Positions 1 through 11,472 of a stretch of DNA of 64,000 nucleotides are shown here, in pieces. Position numbers and translations under genes: made by a program. The stretch comes from the human T2T-CHM13v2.0 reference genome, Homo sapiens, in NCBI RefSeq assembly GCF_009914755.1, contig NC_060927.1; one strand, 5' to 3'. Each line of letters starts with the position of its first letter. Position 1 is the first letter of the stretch. The notes under the pieces were generated by a model. It was not told the DNA's origin and did no database searches. It was given only the letters and a program-made list of their open reading frames with translations.

Positions 1-87
1 GGCTCTCTCATTCTCCTTCCTAGGGTTGCAAAATGCCTAAGAGCAAGAACTGTGAATGAAGCATTTTTAAAATTCTACCACCGAGGG

Positions 88-3000
88 TTTTTTTTTCTTA
101 ATTTTTTTTAACTTTTTGTATTTCAATAGGTTTTTGTGGAACAAGTGGTGTTTGGTTACATGAATAAGTTCTTTACTGGTGATTTCTGAGCTTTTGGTGC
201 ACCCATCACCCAAGCAGTGTACACTGTACCCAGTGTATAGTCTTTTATCCCTCACCACCCCCACTCTTTCCGCCAAGTCCCCAAAACCCAATGTATCATT
301 CTTATTCCTTTGTGTCCTTATAGCTTAGCTCCCACATAAGAGCAGGAATATACGATGTTTGGTTTTCCATTCCTGAATTACTTAACTTAGAATAATAGTC
401 TCCAATTCCACCCAGGTTGCTGTGAATGCCATTATTTCATTCCTTTTTATGGCTGAGTAGTATTTCATGGTATATTAATACCACATTTTCTTTATCCACT
501 CATAAATTGATGGGCATTTGGGCTGATTCCATATTTTTGAAATTGTAAATTGTGCTGCTATAAACATGTGTGTGCAAGTATATTTTTCATATAAAGATTT
601 CTTTTCCTCTGGGTAGATACCTAGTAGTGGGATTGCTGGATCAAATTGTAGATCTACTTTTAGTTTTTAAAGGAATCTCCACACAGTTTTCCATAGTAGT
701 TGTACCAGTTTACATTCCCACCAACAGTGTAAGTGTTCCCATTTCACTGCATCCCCACCAACATCTATTATTGTTTGATTTTTTGACTTATGGCCATTCT
801 TGCAGGAGTAAAGTGGTATCACATTGTGGTTGTGATCTGCATTTCTCTGATCATTAGTGATGTTGAGCATTTTTCCATATGCTTGTTGGTCATTTGTCTA
901 TTTTCTTTTGAGAATTGTCTATTCATGTCCTTCGTTCACTTTTTGATGGGATTTGTTTGTTTCTTGCTGATTTGAGTTCTTTGTAGATTCCGGATATTAG
1001 TCCTTTGTTAGACATGTAGTTTGTCAAGATTTTCTCACACTCTGTGAGTTGTCTGTTAACTCTGCTAATTATTTATTTTGCTGTGCAGAAGCTTTTTAGT
1101 TTAATCAAGTCCCATCTATTGTTTTTGTTGCATTTGCTTTTGGGTTCTTGGTCATAAAGCCTTTGTCTAAGCCAATGTCTAGAAGGGTTTTTCCAATGTT
1201 ATCTTCTAGAATCTTTATGGTTTCGGGTCTTAGATTTAAGTCTTTGATCAATCTTGAGTTGATTTTTATATAAGGTGAGAGATGAAGATCCAGTTTCATT
1301 CTTCTACATGTGTCTAGCCAATTACCCCAGCCTCATTTGTTGAATAGAGTGTCCTTCCCCCACTTTATGTTTTGTTTGCTTTGTCACAGATCAGTTGGCT
1401 GTAAGTATTTGGCTTTATTTCTGTGTCCTCTATTTTGTTCCATTGGTCTATGTGCCTATTTTTTATATCAGTACCATGCTGTTTTGGTGACTGTGACCTT
1501 ATAGTATAGTTTGAAGTCAAATAATGTGATGCTTCCAGATTTGTTCTTTTTGCTTAGTCTTGCCTTGGCTATGTGGGCACTTTTTTGGCTTCATATGTAT
1601 TTTAGGATTGTGTTTTCTAGTTTTGTGAAGAATGATGGTGGTATTTTGATGGGATTGCATTGAATTTGTAGATTACATTCGGCACTATGGTCATTTTCAC
1701 AATATTGATTCTACCCATCCATGAGCATGGGCTGTGTTTCTCTTCATTTGTGTTATCTATGATTTCTTTCAGCAATGTTTTGTAGTTTTCCTTGCAGAGT
1801 TCTTTCACGTCCTTGGTTAGGTATATTCCAACCTATTTTTTTTTGGAGCTATTATGAAAAGGATTGAGTTCTTGATTTGATTCTCGCTTGGTCGCTGTTG
1901 GTATATGGCAGAGCTACTGATTTGTGTACATTAATTTTGTATCATGAAACTTTGCTGAGTTCATTTACAAATTCTAGATGCTTTTTGGATGAGTCTTCAG
2001 GGTTTTCTAGGTATACAATCATATCATCAGTAAACAGTGACAGTTTGTCTCCCTCTTTACTGACTTGGATGCCCTTTATTTCTTTCTTTTGTCTGATTGC
2101 TCTGGCTAGGACTTCCAGTACTACGTTGAATAGAAGTGGCATCTTTGTCTTGTTCCAGTTCTCCCAGTGAATGTTTTCAACTTTTTCCTGTTAAGTGTAA
2201 TGCTGGCTGTGGGTTTGTTGTAGATGGCTTTTTTTACTTTAAGATATGTCCCTTCTATGCTGATTTTGCTGAGGGTTTTAATCATAAAGGGATGCTGGAT
2301 TTTGTCAAATGCTTTTTCTGTGTCTATTGAGATTATGTGATTTTTGTTTTTAATTGTGTTTATGTAGTGTATCACATTTATTGACTTATGCATATTAAAC
2401 CATCCCTGCATCCCTGGTATGAAACCCACTTGATCATGGTGGATTATCTTTTTGATATGCTGCTAGATTCGGTTTGCTAGTATTTCGTTGAGGATTTTTG
2501 CACCTATGTTCATCAGGGATATTTGTCTGTAGTTTTCTTTTTTTGTTATGTCCTTTCCTGGTTCTGGAATTAGGGTGATACTGGCTTCATAGAATGATTT
2601 AGGGAGGAGTCCCTGTTTCTCTATCTTTCAGAATAGTGTCAATAGAATTGGTACCAATTCTTTGAATGTCTGATAGAAAGCTATGACCTATCTGTCTGAT
2701 CCTGGATATTTTTTGTTGTCAATTTTTTAAAATTACCATTTCAAACTTGTTGCTGGTTATTTATCTGCTCAGAGATTCTATATCTTCCTGGTTTAATCTA
2801 GGAGAATTGTATATTTCCAGGAATTTATCCATCTCCTCTAGGTTTTCTAGTTTATGCGTGTAAAGGTGTTCATAGTAGCCTTGAATAATCTTTTGTATTT
2901 CTGTGGTATCAGTTGTAATATCTCCCATTTCATTTCTAATTGAGCTTATTTGGATTTTCTCTCTTATTTTCTTGGTTAATCTCACTAATGGTCTATCAAT

Positions 3001-6000
3001 TTTATTTATCTTCTCAAAGAACCAGCTTTTTGTTTCATTTAAATCTTTTGTACTTTTTTTGTTTCAATTTCATTTAGTTCTGCTCTGATCTTCATTACTT
3101 CTTTTTTTCTGCTGGGTTTGGGTTTGGTTTGTTCTTGTTTCTCCAGTTCTGAGAAGTGTGACCTTAGATCGTCTATTTGTGCTCTTTCAGACTGTTTGAT
3201 GCAGGCATTTAATGCTATGAACTTTCCTCTTAGCACCACTTTTGCGTATCCCAGAGGTTTTGATAGGTTGCGTCACTATTATTGTCAGTTCAAAGATTTT
3301 TTTAATTTCCATTTTGATTTCACTGTTGACCCAATGATTCAGGAAGAGGTTATTTAATTTCCATGTATTTGCATGGTTTTGAGGGTTCCTTTTGTAGTTG
3401 ATTTCCAGTCTTATTCCACTGTTTTCTGAAAGAGTACTTGATATAGTTTCAATTTTCTTAAATTTACTGAGTCTTGTTTTGTGGCCTATCATATGGTCTG
3501 TCTTGGAGAATGTTCCATGTGCTGATGGATAGAATGTATATTCTGCAGTTGTTGGGTAGAATGTTCTGTAAATATCTGTAAGTCTATTTGTTGTAGAATA
3601 TAGTTTAAGTCCATTGTTTCTTCACTGACTTTCTGTCTTGATGACTTGTCTAGTGCTGTCAGTGGAGTATTGAAACCCACCACTATTATTGTGGTGGTGT
3701 CTGTCTTCTTTCTTAGGTCTATATAATTGTTTTATAAATTTGAGAGCTCCAGTGTTAGGTGCATATACATGTAGAATTGTGATGCTTTCCTGTTGGACTA
3801 GTCCTTTTATCATTATATAATGTCCCTCTTTGTCTTTTTTATGTGCTGTTGTTTAAAGTTTGTTTTGTCTGATATAAGAATAGTTACTCCTGCTCATTTT
3901 TGGTGTTCATTTGCATGGGATATCTTTTTCCATCCCTTTACCTTAAGTTGATGTGAGTCCTTCTGTGTTAGGTGAGTCTCCTAAAGACAGCAGAAACTTG
4001 GTTGGTGAATTCTTATGCATTCTGCCATTCTGTATCTTTTAAGTGGAGCATTTAGCCCATTATGTTAGTATTGAGATGTGAGGTACAATTCTATTCATCG
4101 TGCTATTTGTTGCCTGAATACCTTGGGTTTTTTTTCATTGTGTTATTGTTATATAGGCCTGTGAGGTTTATGCTTTAAGAAAGCTCTATTTTGGTATATT
4201 TTGAGGATTTGTTTCAAGATTTAGAGATCCTTTTAGCAGTTCTTGTAGTTCTGGCTTGGTAGTGGCGAATTCTCTCAGCATTTGTTTGTCTGGAAAGATT
4301 GTATCTTTCCTTCATTTATTAAGCTTAGTTGCACTGAATACAAAATTCTTGGCTGATAATTGTTTTGTTTAAGGAGGCTAAAAATAGGACCCCCAATCCC
4401 TTCTAGCTTGTGGAGTTTCTGCTGAGAAATCTTCTATAAATCTGATAGGCTTTCCTTTATAGGTAACCTGATGCTTTTGCCTCACAGCTCTTAAGATTCT
4501 TTCCTTCGTCTTTACTTTAGGTAACCTGATGACTATGTGCCTACGTGATGATCTTTTTGCAATGAATTTCCCAGCTGTTCTTTGAACTTCTTGTATTTGA
4601 ATGTGTAGATCTCTAGCAAGGCCAGGGAAGGTTTCCTCAATTATTCTCTCAACTATGTTTCCAAACTTTTGGATTTCTCTTCTTCTTTGGGAACACTAAT
4701 TATTCTTAGGTTTGGACATTTAACGTAGTCCCTAACTTCTTGCAGGCTTTGTTCATTTTTTAAAATTCTTCTTTCTTTGTCTTTGATGGATTGGGTTAAT
4801 TCGAAAGCCTTGTATTCTGTGTCTGAAGTTCTTTCTTCTGCTTGTTCGATTCTATTGCTGAGACTTTTCACTGTATTTTGTATTTCCCTAAGTGTGTCCT
4901 TGATTTCCAGAAGTTGTGATTGTTTTTTATTTATGCTATTTATTTCACTGAAGAATTTTTCTTTCATATTCTGTATCATGTTTTTGATTTCTTTAAGTTG
5001 GACTTCACCTTTCTCTGGTGCCTCCTTGATTAGCTTAATAATTGATCTTCTGAATTATTTTTGTGGCAATTCAGAGATTTTGTCTTGGTTTGGATCCATT
5101 GCTGGTGAGCTGGTATGATCTTTTGCAGGTGTTGAAGAACCTTGTTTTCTCATATTAACAGAATTGTTTTTCTGGCTCCTTGTCATTTGGGTCGCCTATG
5201 TCAGAGGGAAGATCTGGGATACAAGGGCTGCTGTTCAGATTCTTGTGTCTCATGGCTGCTCCCTTGATGTGGTGTTCTCCCCCTTCCACTAGGAATGGAG
5301 CTTCCTGAGAGCTGAACTGTAGTGATTGTTTTTGTTCTTTTGGGTCTAGCCACCCAGCGGAACTATGGGGCTCCAGGCTAGTACTGAGAAGTGTCTGCAA
5401 AGAGTCCTGTTATGTGATCCATCTTCAGGTCTTGCAGCCGTGGATACCAGGACCTGCTCTGGTGGAGGTAGTGGGGGAGGGAAGTGGACTCTGTGAGAGT
5501 CCTTGGTTGTGTTTTTGTTTAGTACACTGGTTTTGTGTTTGTTGGCCTCCAGCCAGGAGGTGGCACTTTCAAGAGCACATCAGCTGCGGTGCTATAGGGA
5601 GGATGCGAACTTGCCCTGGGGATACCTGATCAAGGGTTCAGGTTTCTCAGGCAGTGGGCAGGGCCATAGAGCTCTCAAGAGATTACGACCTTTGTCTTCG
5701 GCTACCAGGGCAGGTAGAGAAAGACCTCCAGGTAGGGGCAGGAATAGGTGTGTCTGAGCTCAGCTTCTCCTTGGGTGGGTCTTGCTGCAGCTGCTGTGGG
5801 CAATGGGGCTGTGGTTCCCAGTCCAGTGGAGTTATATTCCCAGGGGGATTATGGCTGCCTCTGCTGAGTCATACAGGTTGCCAGGGAAGTAGGGGAAAGC
5901 CAGCAGTCACAGGCCTCACCCTGCTCCCACACAGCCTACAGTCCTAAAGTTTGGTCTTACTCTCACCGAGCCCCCACAACAGCACCAAGTCTATTTGCAG

Positions 6001-6268
6001 GCAGCCAGTGACCAGGGCTGAGAACTTGCCCCAGACCATGAGCCTCCCCATTGAGAAAGCAAGCCGACTAAGAGGTTTTCGGCATCTCAGGGAACCCATA
6101 GAAGTGATCCAGTTCTTCAAAGGGTCTGTGGATTCTCTCGGCTTTCCTGGTATGTTCCTGTGGTAGTTTTTGGGACAAAAGTTCACAATGTGAGTCTCCA
6201 CATGCTGCTCTGTCCAAGTGGGGAGGTGCAAGCTAGTCTTGCCTCTTATCTGCCACTTTAATCCTCTG
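88..6268 (-). mobile_element. Near full-length LINE-1, L1PB-type (L1PB1-like), ORFs decayed
   Basis: Poly(T) at 88-110 followed by an L1PB-type 3'UTR. Minus-strand ORF fragments match ORF2 (RT 'GMQGWFN..KSINVIH', '[15 protein letters not shown]'; endonuclease region ~3500-3800) and ORF1 coiled coil (4653-4979). 5'UTR runs to ~6265. Imperfect TSD TCTACCAC[C/A]GAG at 74-85 and 6269-6280. Confidence 0.95.
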
Positions 6269-7054
6269 TCTACCACAGAGTTTTGCCATTGGAGGCACTC
6301 AATAGCTGTTTGAAATGGATTACTGTTAGCTTAGCAGTGGTAATTAGTAGATATTCTTAAGTAATATCTTAAAATATTTCTTAATTAATTTGATGCATTT
6401 GTGCATTTCATCGATTTCAAGGCCTAGACATTGGGAATTAGATGTCTCAGCTGAGGATGAAATTGATTCTTATTCCAGAAATAAAAGTGAGGCCCTGGTG
6501 CCCATGAGCAGAATCCGTGTGCTACCATAGCAACACACAGCACTGCTTTGTCTTAGTCAATATAAATTAACCTTTTAAAAAATATGACTGTAAAGGGTTA
6601 TATTATATATGTTAAGTATATAATTAAATTTTTGCTCTGTAATGTCCCTCATTTCCACCATTATGACTTTCTAGAATACATCCCCATTCCTTCTCTGTTA
6701 CTTACTCGTCCCTTTGTGCCTTGTTGGACCACATCTGACATGTTAATAGATGTATCTTTGCACAGTTAAATGCTAAATAATGTGCTATGGATGTGTGCAT
6801 GTTGTCAGGGTCTGCAGGAGGAGAGAATTTGAGAACTTGCTCAGAAACCTTTGTGGCAGAAAGTTGGATTCAGCTAGACTGAGAGTGAGATAAGAGGCCC
6901 ACCAGGAGGCACAAGGGGGATGGACCAGGGCAGTTGGCAGGATGAGCATTGAGTAAGGTGAACCAAAATGCTGGCATCAGGTTTGTTCATAATCTCTGAA
7001 CCCTACTGGGTTTTACTTCAGTATATGAAGACCCAATCCACAAATCATTAAGAA

Positions 7055-7255
7055 CTGGACAGAAAAAAAAATTATACTGATTTTTTTTAAGTTAACAAGT
7101 TTCAAAATGTTGGTAGCTTTCCAAGTTCCGTCCCACAAAACCCAATTCTCGGGGCTGGCAGGCTAGTGGTGAGACTGTGGCTGTGCCAGGGGAGTCAGTT
7201 GAATGATGGAGATCCTGAGTCTGATCCACTCCAAGAGAGATCTCAGCTGGGTCTC
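7055..7255. repeat. Copy 1 of a ~200 bp local direct repeat (copy 2 at 7865-8061)
   Basis: ctggacagaaaaaa...gagagatctcagctgggtctc occurs twice, roughly 90% identical by eye. Not a TE I recognise. Confidence 0.95.
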
Positions 7256-7609
7256 ATCTGTTGCCATTTGGAATATTAAATAGTTCGCCAAGGATAGAAA
7301 CTAAATCTGTGCCAGAATGTATAGAGAGTCAGAATGGCCCATGCTTCTACACCTCCGTCCTCCCCACTCAGTTCTTCTCCAAGTCATTCTTTAATTCCAA
7401 GGCCAAGGATGGGAACCACAGGAGAGAGGACATGAAAATAAATACAATGGGGGAAAAAGAAAACAAACAGCAGCAGCAGAGAATGACGACGAGGAGGAGA
7501 GAAAAAATGAGAAGTAGGAAGAGGATGAGTTTGTCGTGCTCATCTGGCAAATATGTAATCTGATTTTAACTTCTAGCCATGGTGAGCGATCCCAGGGGAG
7601 CACAGAGTG

Positions 7610-7675
7610 GACCCAGCTGGGATCTCTCTTGGAGTGGATCAGACTGATAATCTCCAACAACCAACTCATTCCTGG
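7610..7675. repeat. Inverted partial copy of 7186-7253
   Basis: 7610-7645 is the reverse complement of 7218-7253 with 1 mismatch in 36 nt; weaker similarity continues to 7675. Confidence 0.85.
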
Positions 7676-7864
7676 ATAAGGAAGAAGAGAGTGTCACCTA
7701 CTTCAGTGTGATTTCAACCCCACCTCTACATCTTAAAGACATTGTATTATTTCAGCAGTAATGCCACTGTTCATTAGTCCCACTGATGTTTTCATTCCTC
7801 ATTTCATCTTTTTCTTAGCAGCATTCCATTAATCCTTCATTTTAGAGACACTCTCTTCCTTTGG

Positions 7865-8061
7865 CTGGACAGAAAAAAACATTTCTACTGATTTTTTAAA
7901 ACATAACAAGTTTCAAAATGTTGGTAGCTTTCCAAGTTCCACCCCACAAAACCCAATTCTTTGGCGGGCTGGTGGTGAGACTGTGACTGTGCCAGGGGAG
8001 TCAGTTGAATGATGGAGATCCTTAGTCTTATCCACTCCTAGAGAGATCTCAGCTGGGTCTC
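7865..8061. repeat. Copy 2 of the ~200 bp direct repeat
   Basis: Direct alignment to 7055-7255. Confidence 0.95.
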
Positions 8062-8143
8062 TGCCCATGAGCAGAATCTGTGTTCTTGGGACACAGATTT
8101 CCCAAGAGACCATTATTTCATGAGACTTTCATGAGACCATTCT

Positions 8144-9181
8144 CAGATTAGCATCCAAGATGAAGTGGCATTATCCTGCATAGTGTCCAGCATTGTACAT
8201 TTGATTAGGAGGGAGTAAATGAGATTGAGCACTGGGAGCAATAGTAGAAGGACACCCAATAGCCCAAAGTTGGAAGGAGCACAAGTGTTCATTGATGGAA
8301 GAATGGATAAACAGAATGTGGTCTAAACATACCATGAAGTATTATCCAGCCTTAAAAGGGGAGGAAGTTCTGACAGATGCTGCAACATGGATGAACCTTG
8401 AGGATATTATGCAAGTGAAGTAAACCAGGCAGAGAAGGATAAATGCTGTATGATTCTACTCATATGAGGTACCTAGAGTAGTCAAACTGATAGAGAAAGT
8501 AGAATGGTGGCTGCCAGGAGCTGTGGGGATGGGAAGATGGGAAGTTCATGAGACCATTCTCACCTTGTTTTGTCCTACTACTCTTTTGAAAAAAAACCTT
8601 TTTTTCTTGTTAAATTCTAGTAAAATACACAAAATAAAAATTTGCTATCTTAACCATGTTTAAATATGCAGTTAGTAGTGTAAAATACATTCACATTGTT
8701 GTGCAAACCATCACCACCATCCATCACTAGAACTCTTTTCATCTTGCAGATCTGAAACTCTGTACGCATTAAACAACTTCCCATCTTCCCATCCCCACAG
8801 TTCCTAACAGCCACCATTCTACTTTCTCTCTCTATCAGTTTGACTACTCTAGGTACCTCATATGAGTAGAATCATACAGCATTTATCCTTCTCTGCCTGG
8901 CTTACTTCACTTGCATAATGTCCTCAAGGTTCATCCATGTTGTAGCATGTGTCAGAACTTCCTCCCCTTTTAAGTTTGGAGAATATTTCATGGTATGTTT
9001 AGACCACATTCTGTTTATCCATTCTTCCATCAATGAACACTTGTGCTCCTTCCAACTTTGGGCTATTGGGTGTCCTTCTACTATTGCTCCCAGTGCTCAA
9101 TCTCATTTACTCCCTTCTAAACAAATGTACAACACTGGACACTACACAGGATAATGCCACTTCATGTTGGATGCTAATCTG
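8144..9181. repeat. Long inverted repeat: arms 8144-8546 and 8775-9181, 228 bp spacer
   Basis: About 18 substitutions plus one 4 bp indel over ~400 bp by eye. Perfect match over 8210-8338. Confidence 0.97.
8598..9068 (-). mobile_element. L1MB-type 3' end fragment (partly duplicated in inverted form at ~8257-8546)
   Basis: Typical L1MB 3' sequence 'tttgactactctaggtacctcatatgagtagaatcatacag' and 'catcttgcagatctgaaactctgtac'. Confidence 0.85.
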
Positions 9182-9516
9182 CCATGTTGACTTCTGACTA
9201 ACCCCAGGCCCAGGAATGTCTCTAAGATTTTGACTTTATTTACTGTTGCTTGTGTAAGCCAAGACAACCTTGATGTTATCATAAATATGTACTTACCTAA
9301 GTCCTGTCTTTTGGCAAATTATGGGCTATGAGGCACATAGCGTTCTTGCCTTTCCCTGAGGGGTTAATTTCAGTGATCCTACACATTACTTCTGAAGCAC
9401 ATATGCTCTTCTTATATGGCATGTAAGCCCTGGGTCTAGGGGGTAACAGTGCAAAGATCTACCTGTCGTGCTGCTACATGCTTCTAAATTTGCTAATAAA
9501 TCACCTTCCACTGACC
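9163..9516 (+). mobile_element. ERV1-class LTR fragment (MER34/MER4-group-like), 3' truncated
   Basis: 'gatgctaatctgccatgttgacttctga', TATA-region 'atgtaagccctgggtctagggggtaacagtg', AATAAA. Confidence 0.6.
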
Positions 9517-9638
9517 AAAAAAACACATTTTTCTCTCTAATCAGTATGATAATGATGGTGAGTAAAGATATAGGGCAAAAAAACGATAACATCTTATGAG
9601 TACAAAACAACTGTCAAATGTCATCCAAGGAAATCTTT

Positions 9639-9881
9639 TAAAAAGTGTTCTTTTTCTAACTGTAAATTCATAAATTATTGTTGTACATGTTTATGGGGCA
9701 CAAAGTGAAGTTATGACTTATGAATACAATATGGAATAATTACATCAAGCTAATTAACATACATCACTTCAAATACTGATTAGATAGGAGAAATAAGTTT
9801 GTTTTCTTTGAGATATATTGCACACTATGCAACATATAGTAAATAATAATGCAATATAGTAAATAATAATGTATTATACCT
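9639..9881 (-). mobile_element. Short L1MA 3' fragment with 5' inversion
   Basis: Minus-strand L1MA tip (to ~9777) abuts plus-strand L1MA 3'UTR sequence. Candidate TSD tccaagga(aa/gg)tcttt at 9624-9638 and 9882-9896. Confidence 0.65.
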
Positions 9882-10649
9882 TCCAAGGAGGTCTTTATTT
9901 CATCTTACTATTTCAAAATAGGCGAAGATCAGATCTTAGAAATCCCAAATTCAACATCTTAGATGCCAGGTAGAGAAAAATAGATATTCTTCACCTTTTC
10001 CATGATTACTCATGTTTATAAAGGTCTATTGTTTGAAGGCCAATTTAACAGAGTCATCTACTCTCAGTAAGTGGGGAAAGACAGGATTACAGAGAGACCT
10101 TCAAATATATGTCTCATTATGCATGATCATTCTCACTGTGGAGCAAATAGGCAAAGTGTGTCAGACTTGAAATTTTCTGAAGTCATTTCTAATTCTATGC
10201 TAATATTAGACCTCAGTATGATTAATAATATAACTCATCAGTTGTAGCCACTTGATAATTATTCTCATTAGGCTTATGTATAACACCATTTTTTTTCTCC
10301 ATGAGAAACCCAAGTCCTTTTACAAATTTTCATTTGCCAAGTAGACAACATTCCTCACACTCTGTGAGCAAGACAAGTGCAAATTGCATTGAGTCTAGAA
10401 AGAAAGATGCTCATTTTTATTTAATATTTTTAGTTCCCACCTGTTCTCAGATGTATTTTTACTTCACTCTTTGGTAGTCTCCCTTGTTGGATGCTGTTTC
10501 CCACTCAATTCTTTTGGATTTCTGGTTGGAGTAGCTTTCTGTAGCTCTCAAAGTTTAAACTGAAAACTCATCTATTTTAACATCTAAAGTGATAGACTCT
10601 ACCACCCCCTGCCTCCACCACCAATCTCATGTCTTGCGACACTCAACAA

Positions 10650-10780
10650 TTAGACTGTGAACACTTCAAGGACTGGGATGAAGGCTGATCTGCATTTGTA
10701 TTTCCGGGGTTGAGCTCAAATCCTAGCAATTGGACATACTTGGTAAGTGATGTTTGAACAAAAGAATAAATGTATGGATG
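10650..10780 (+). mobile_element. L2 3' end remnant
   Basis: Degenerate 'tagactgtgaa...tgtttgaacaaaagaataaatg'. Confidence 0.55.
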
Positions 10781-11159
10781 ACCATTCCATTATAGTCTAC
10801 CTCACTAGCCATTTATGAGGTCCATGGAGGAAGTATAGGGATAAGATGCTGGGGATATGATTAGAGGAAGGCAAGGAAGATATCTGTAAAGATGTTGATG
10901 ATGAAAATGCTTGATTGCATTTATGTTGGAAAATAGGAATAAAATATATATCATAGATAGACCTTACATAATGTTTTTGTTGGGAACTATCACATCTCAG
11001 GAGAGTCTTTAGTAGCTTGTGTGATCCTACCTATCTCTCCTTAAAAGATTTGTCTCTCCACTCATAGGATTAGGTTATTCCAGTCCCTGAAGTTCTGTCT
11101 GTGAGAAAAAGAAGACAGGAGAGTCCAGACACACCAACAGGTTGGTAAAAACAAAATTA

Positions 11160-11285
11160 ACACAATTGAGCATCCTTTTATGTGTCAGAATGTTTACATA
11201 CACATTGTCATCTAATCTTAATAACCCAATAAGGTTAATATAATCCTTATTTTAAGGTGAGAAAATGTAGGCTCAGATAGATTGT
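11160..11285 (-). mobile_element. MIR remnant
   Basis: Degenerate MIR core 'ccttattttaaggtgagaaaatgtaggctcaga'. Confidence 0.6.
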
Positions 11286-11423
11286 TACAGGGAAGCTTTG
11301 ATGGGAACTAGGAAAGCTTTTTTCAATTCGCTATCAAAGTGCTGGAGTCTGGTGCTAGAGTCTGGTGTAACCTCTTTGGTCAGTTTTCCTGTTCCTTAAT
11401 ACTGTTAAGCACCATAGTGAGCC

Positions 11424-11472
11424 TGTGTGTGTGTGTGTGTGTTGTGTGTGCATATGTGTATGTGTGTGTGTA
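11424..11472. repeat. (TG)n microsatellite
   Basis: Direct reading. Confidence 0.95.

Larger units (their letters stand above)
7646..9523 (+). pseudogene. Candidate retrocopy (processed 3'UTR or lncRNA fragment) polyadenylated inside an LTR; 5' boundary uncertain
   Basis: AATAAA at 9495-9500 followed 16 nt later by A7 (9517-9523), where the LTR stops abruptly. No clear TSD found and parent not identified. Confidence 0.45.

Noticed and set aside
570-5118. Many ORFs with RT, endonuclease and ORF1 similarity
   Set aside because: Frameshifted fragments of a dead L1PB, not functional CDS. The same applies to 34760-37132.
7261-7563. 100 aa + ORF and hydrophobic 60 aa - ORF
   Set aside because: Driven by a purine-rich low-complexity tract; no recognisable family.
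8257-9068. Inverted repeat explained as two independent L1MB insertions
   Set aside because: Arms are ~95% identical and extend through unique and LTR sequence, which independent old copies would not share.
8144-9181. Possible fossil ADAR (A>G) editing signature between hairpin arms
   Set aside because: Mismatches are mixed (CpG decay, transversions, G>A). Only a few look like derived A>G against the recalled L1MB consensus.
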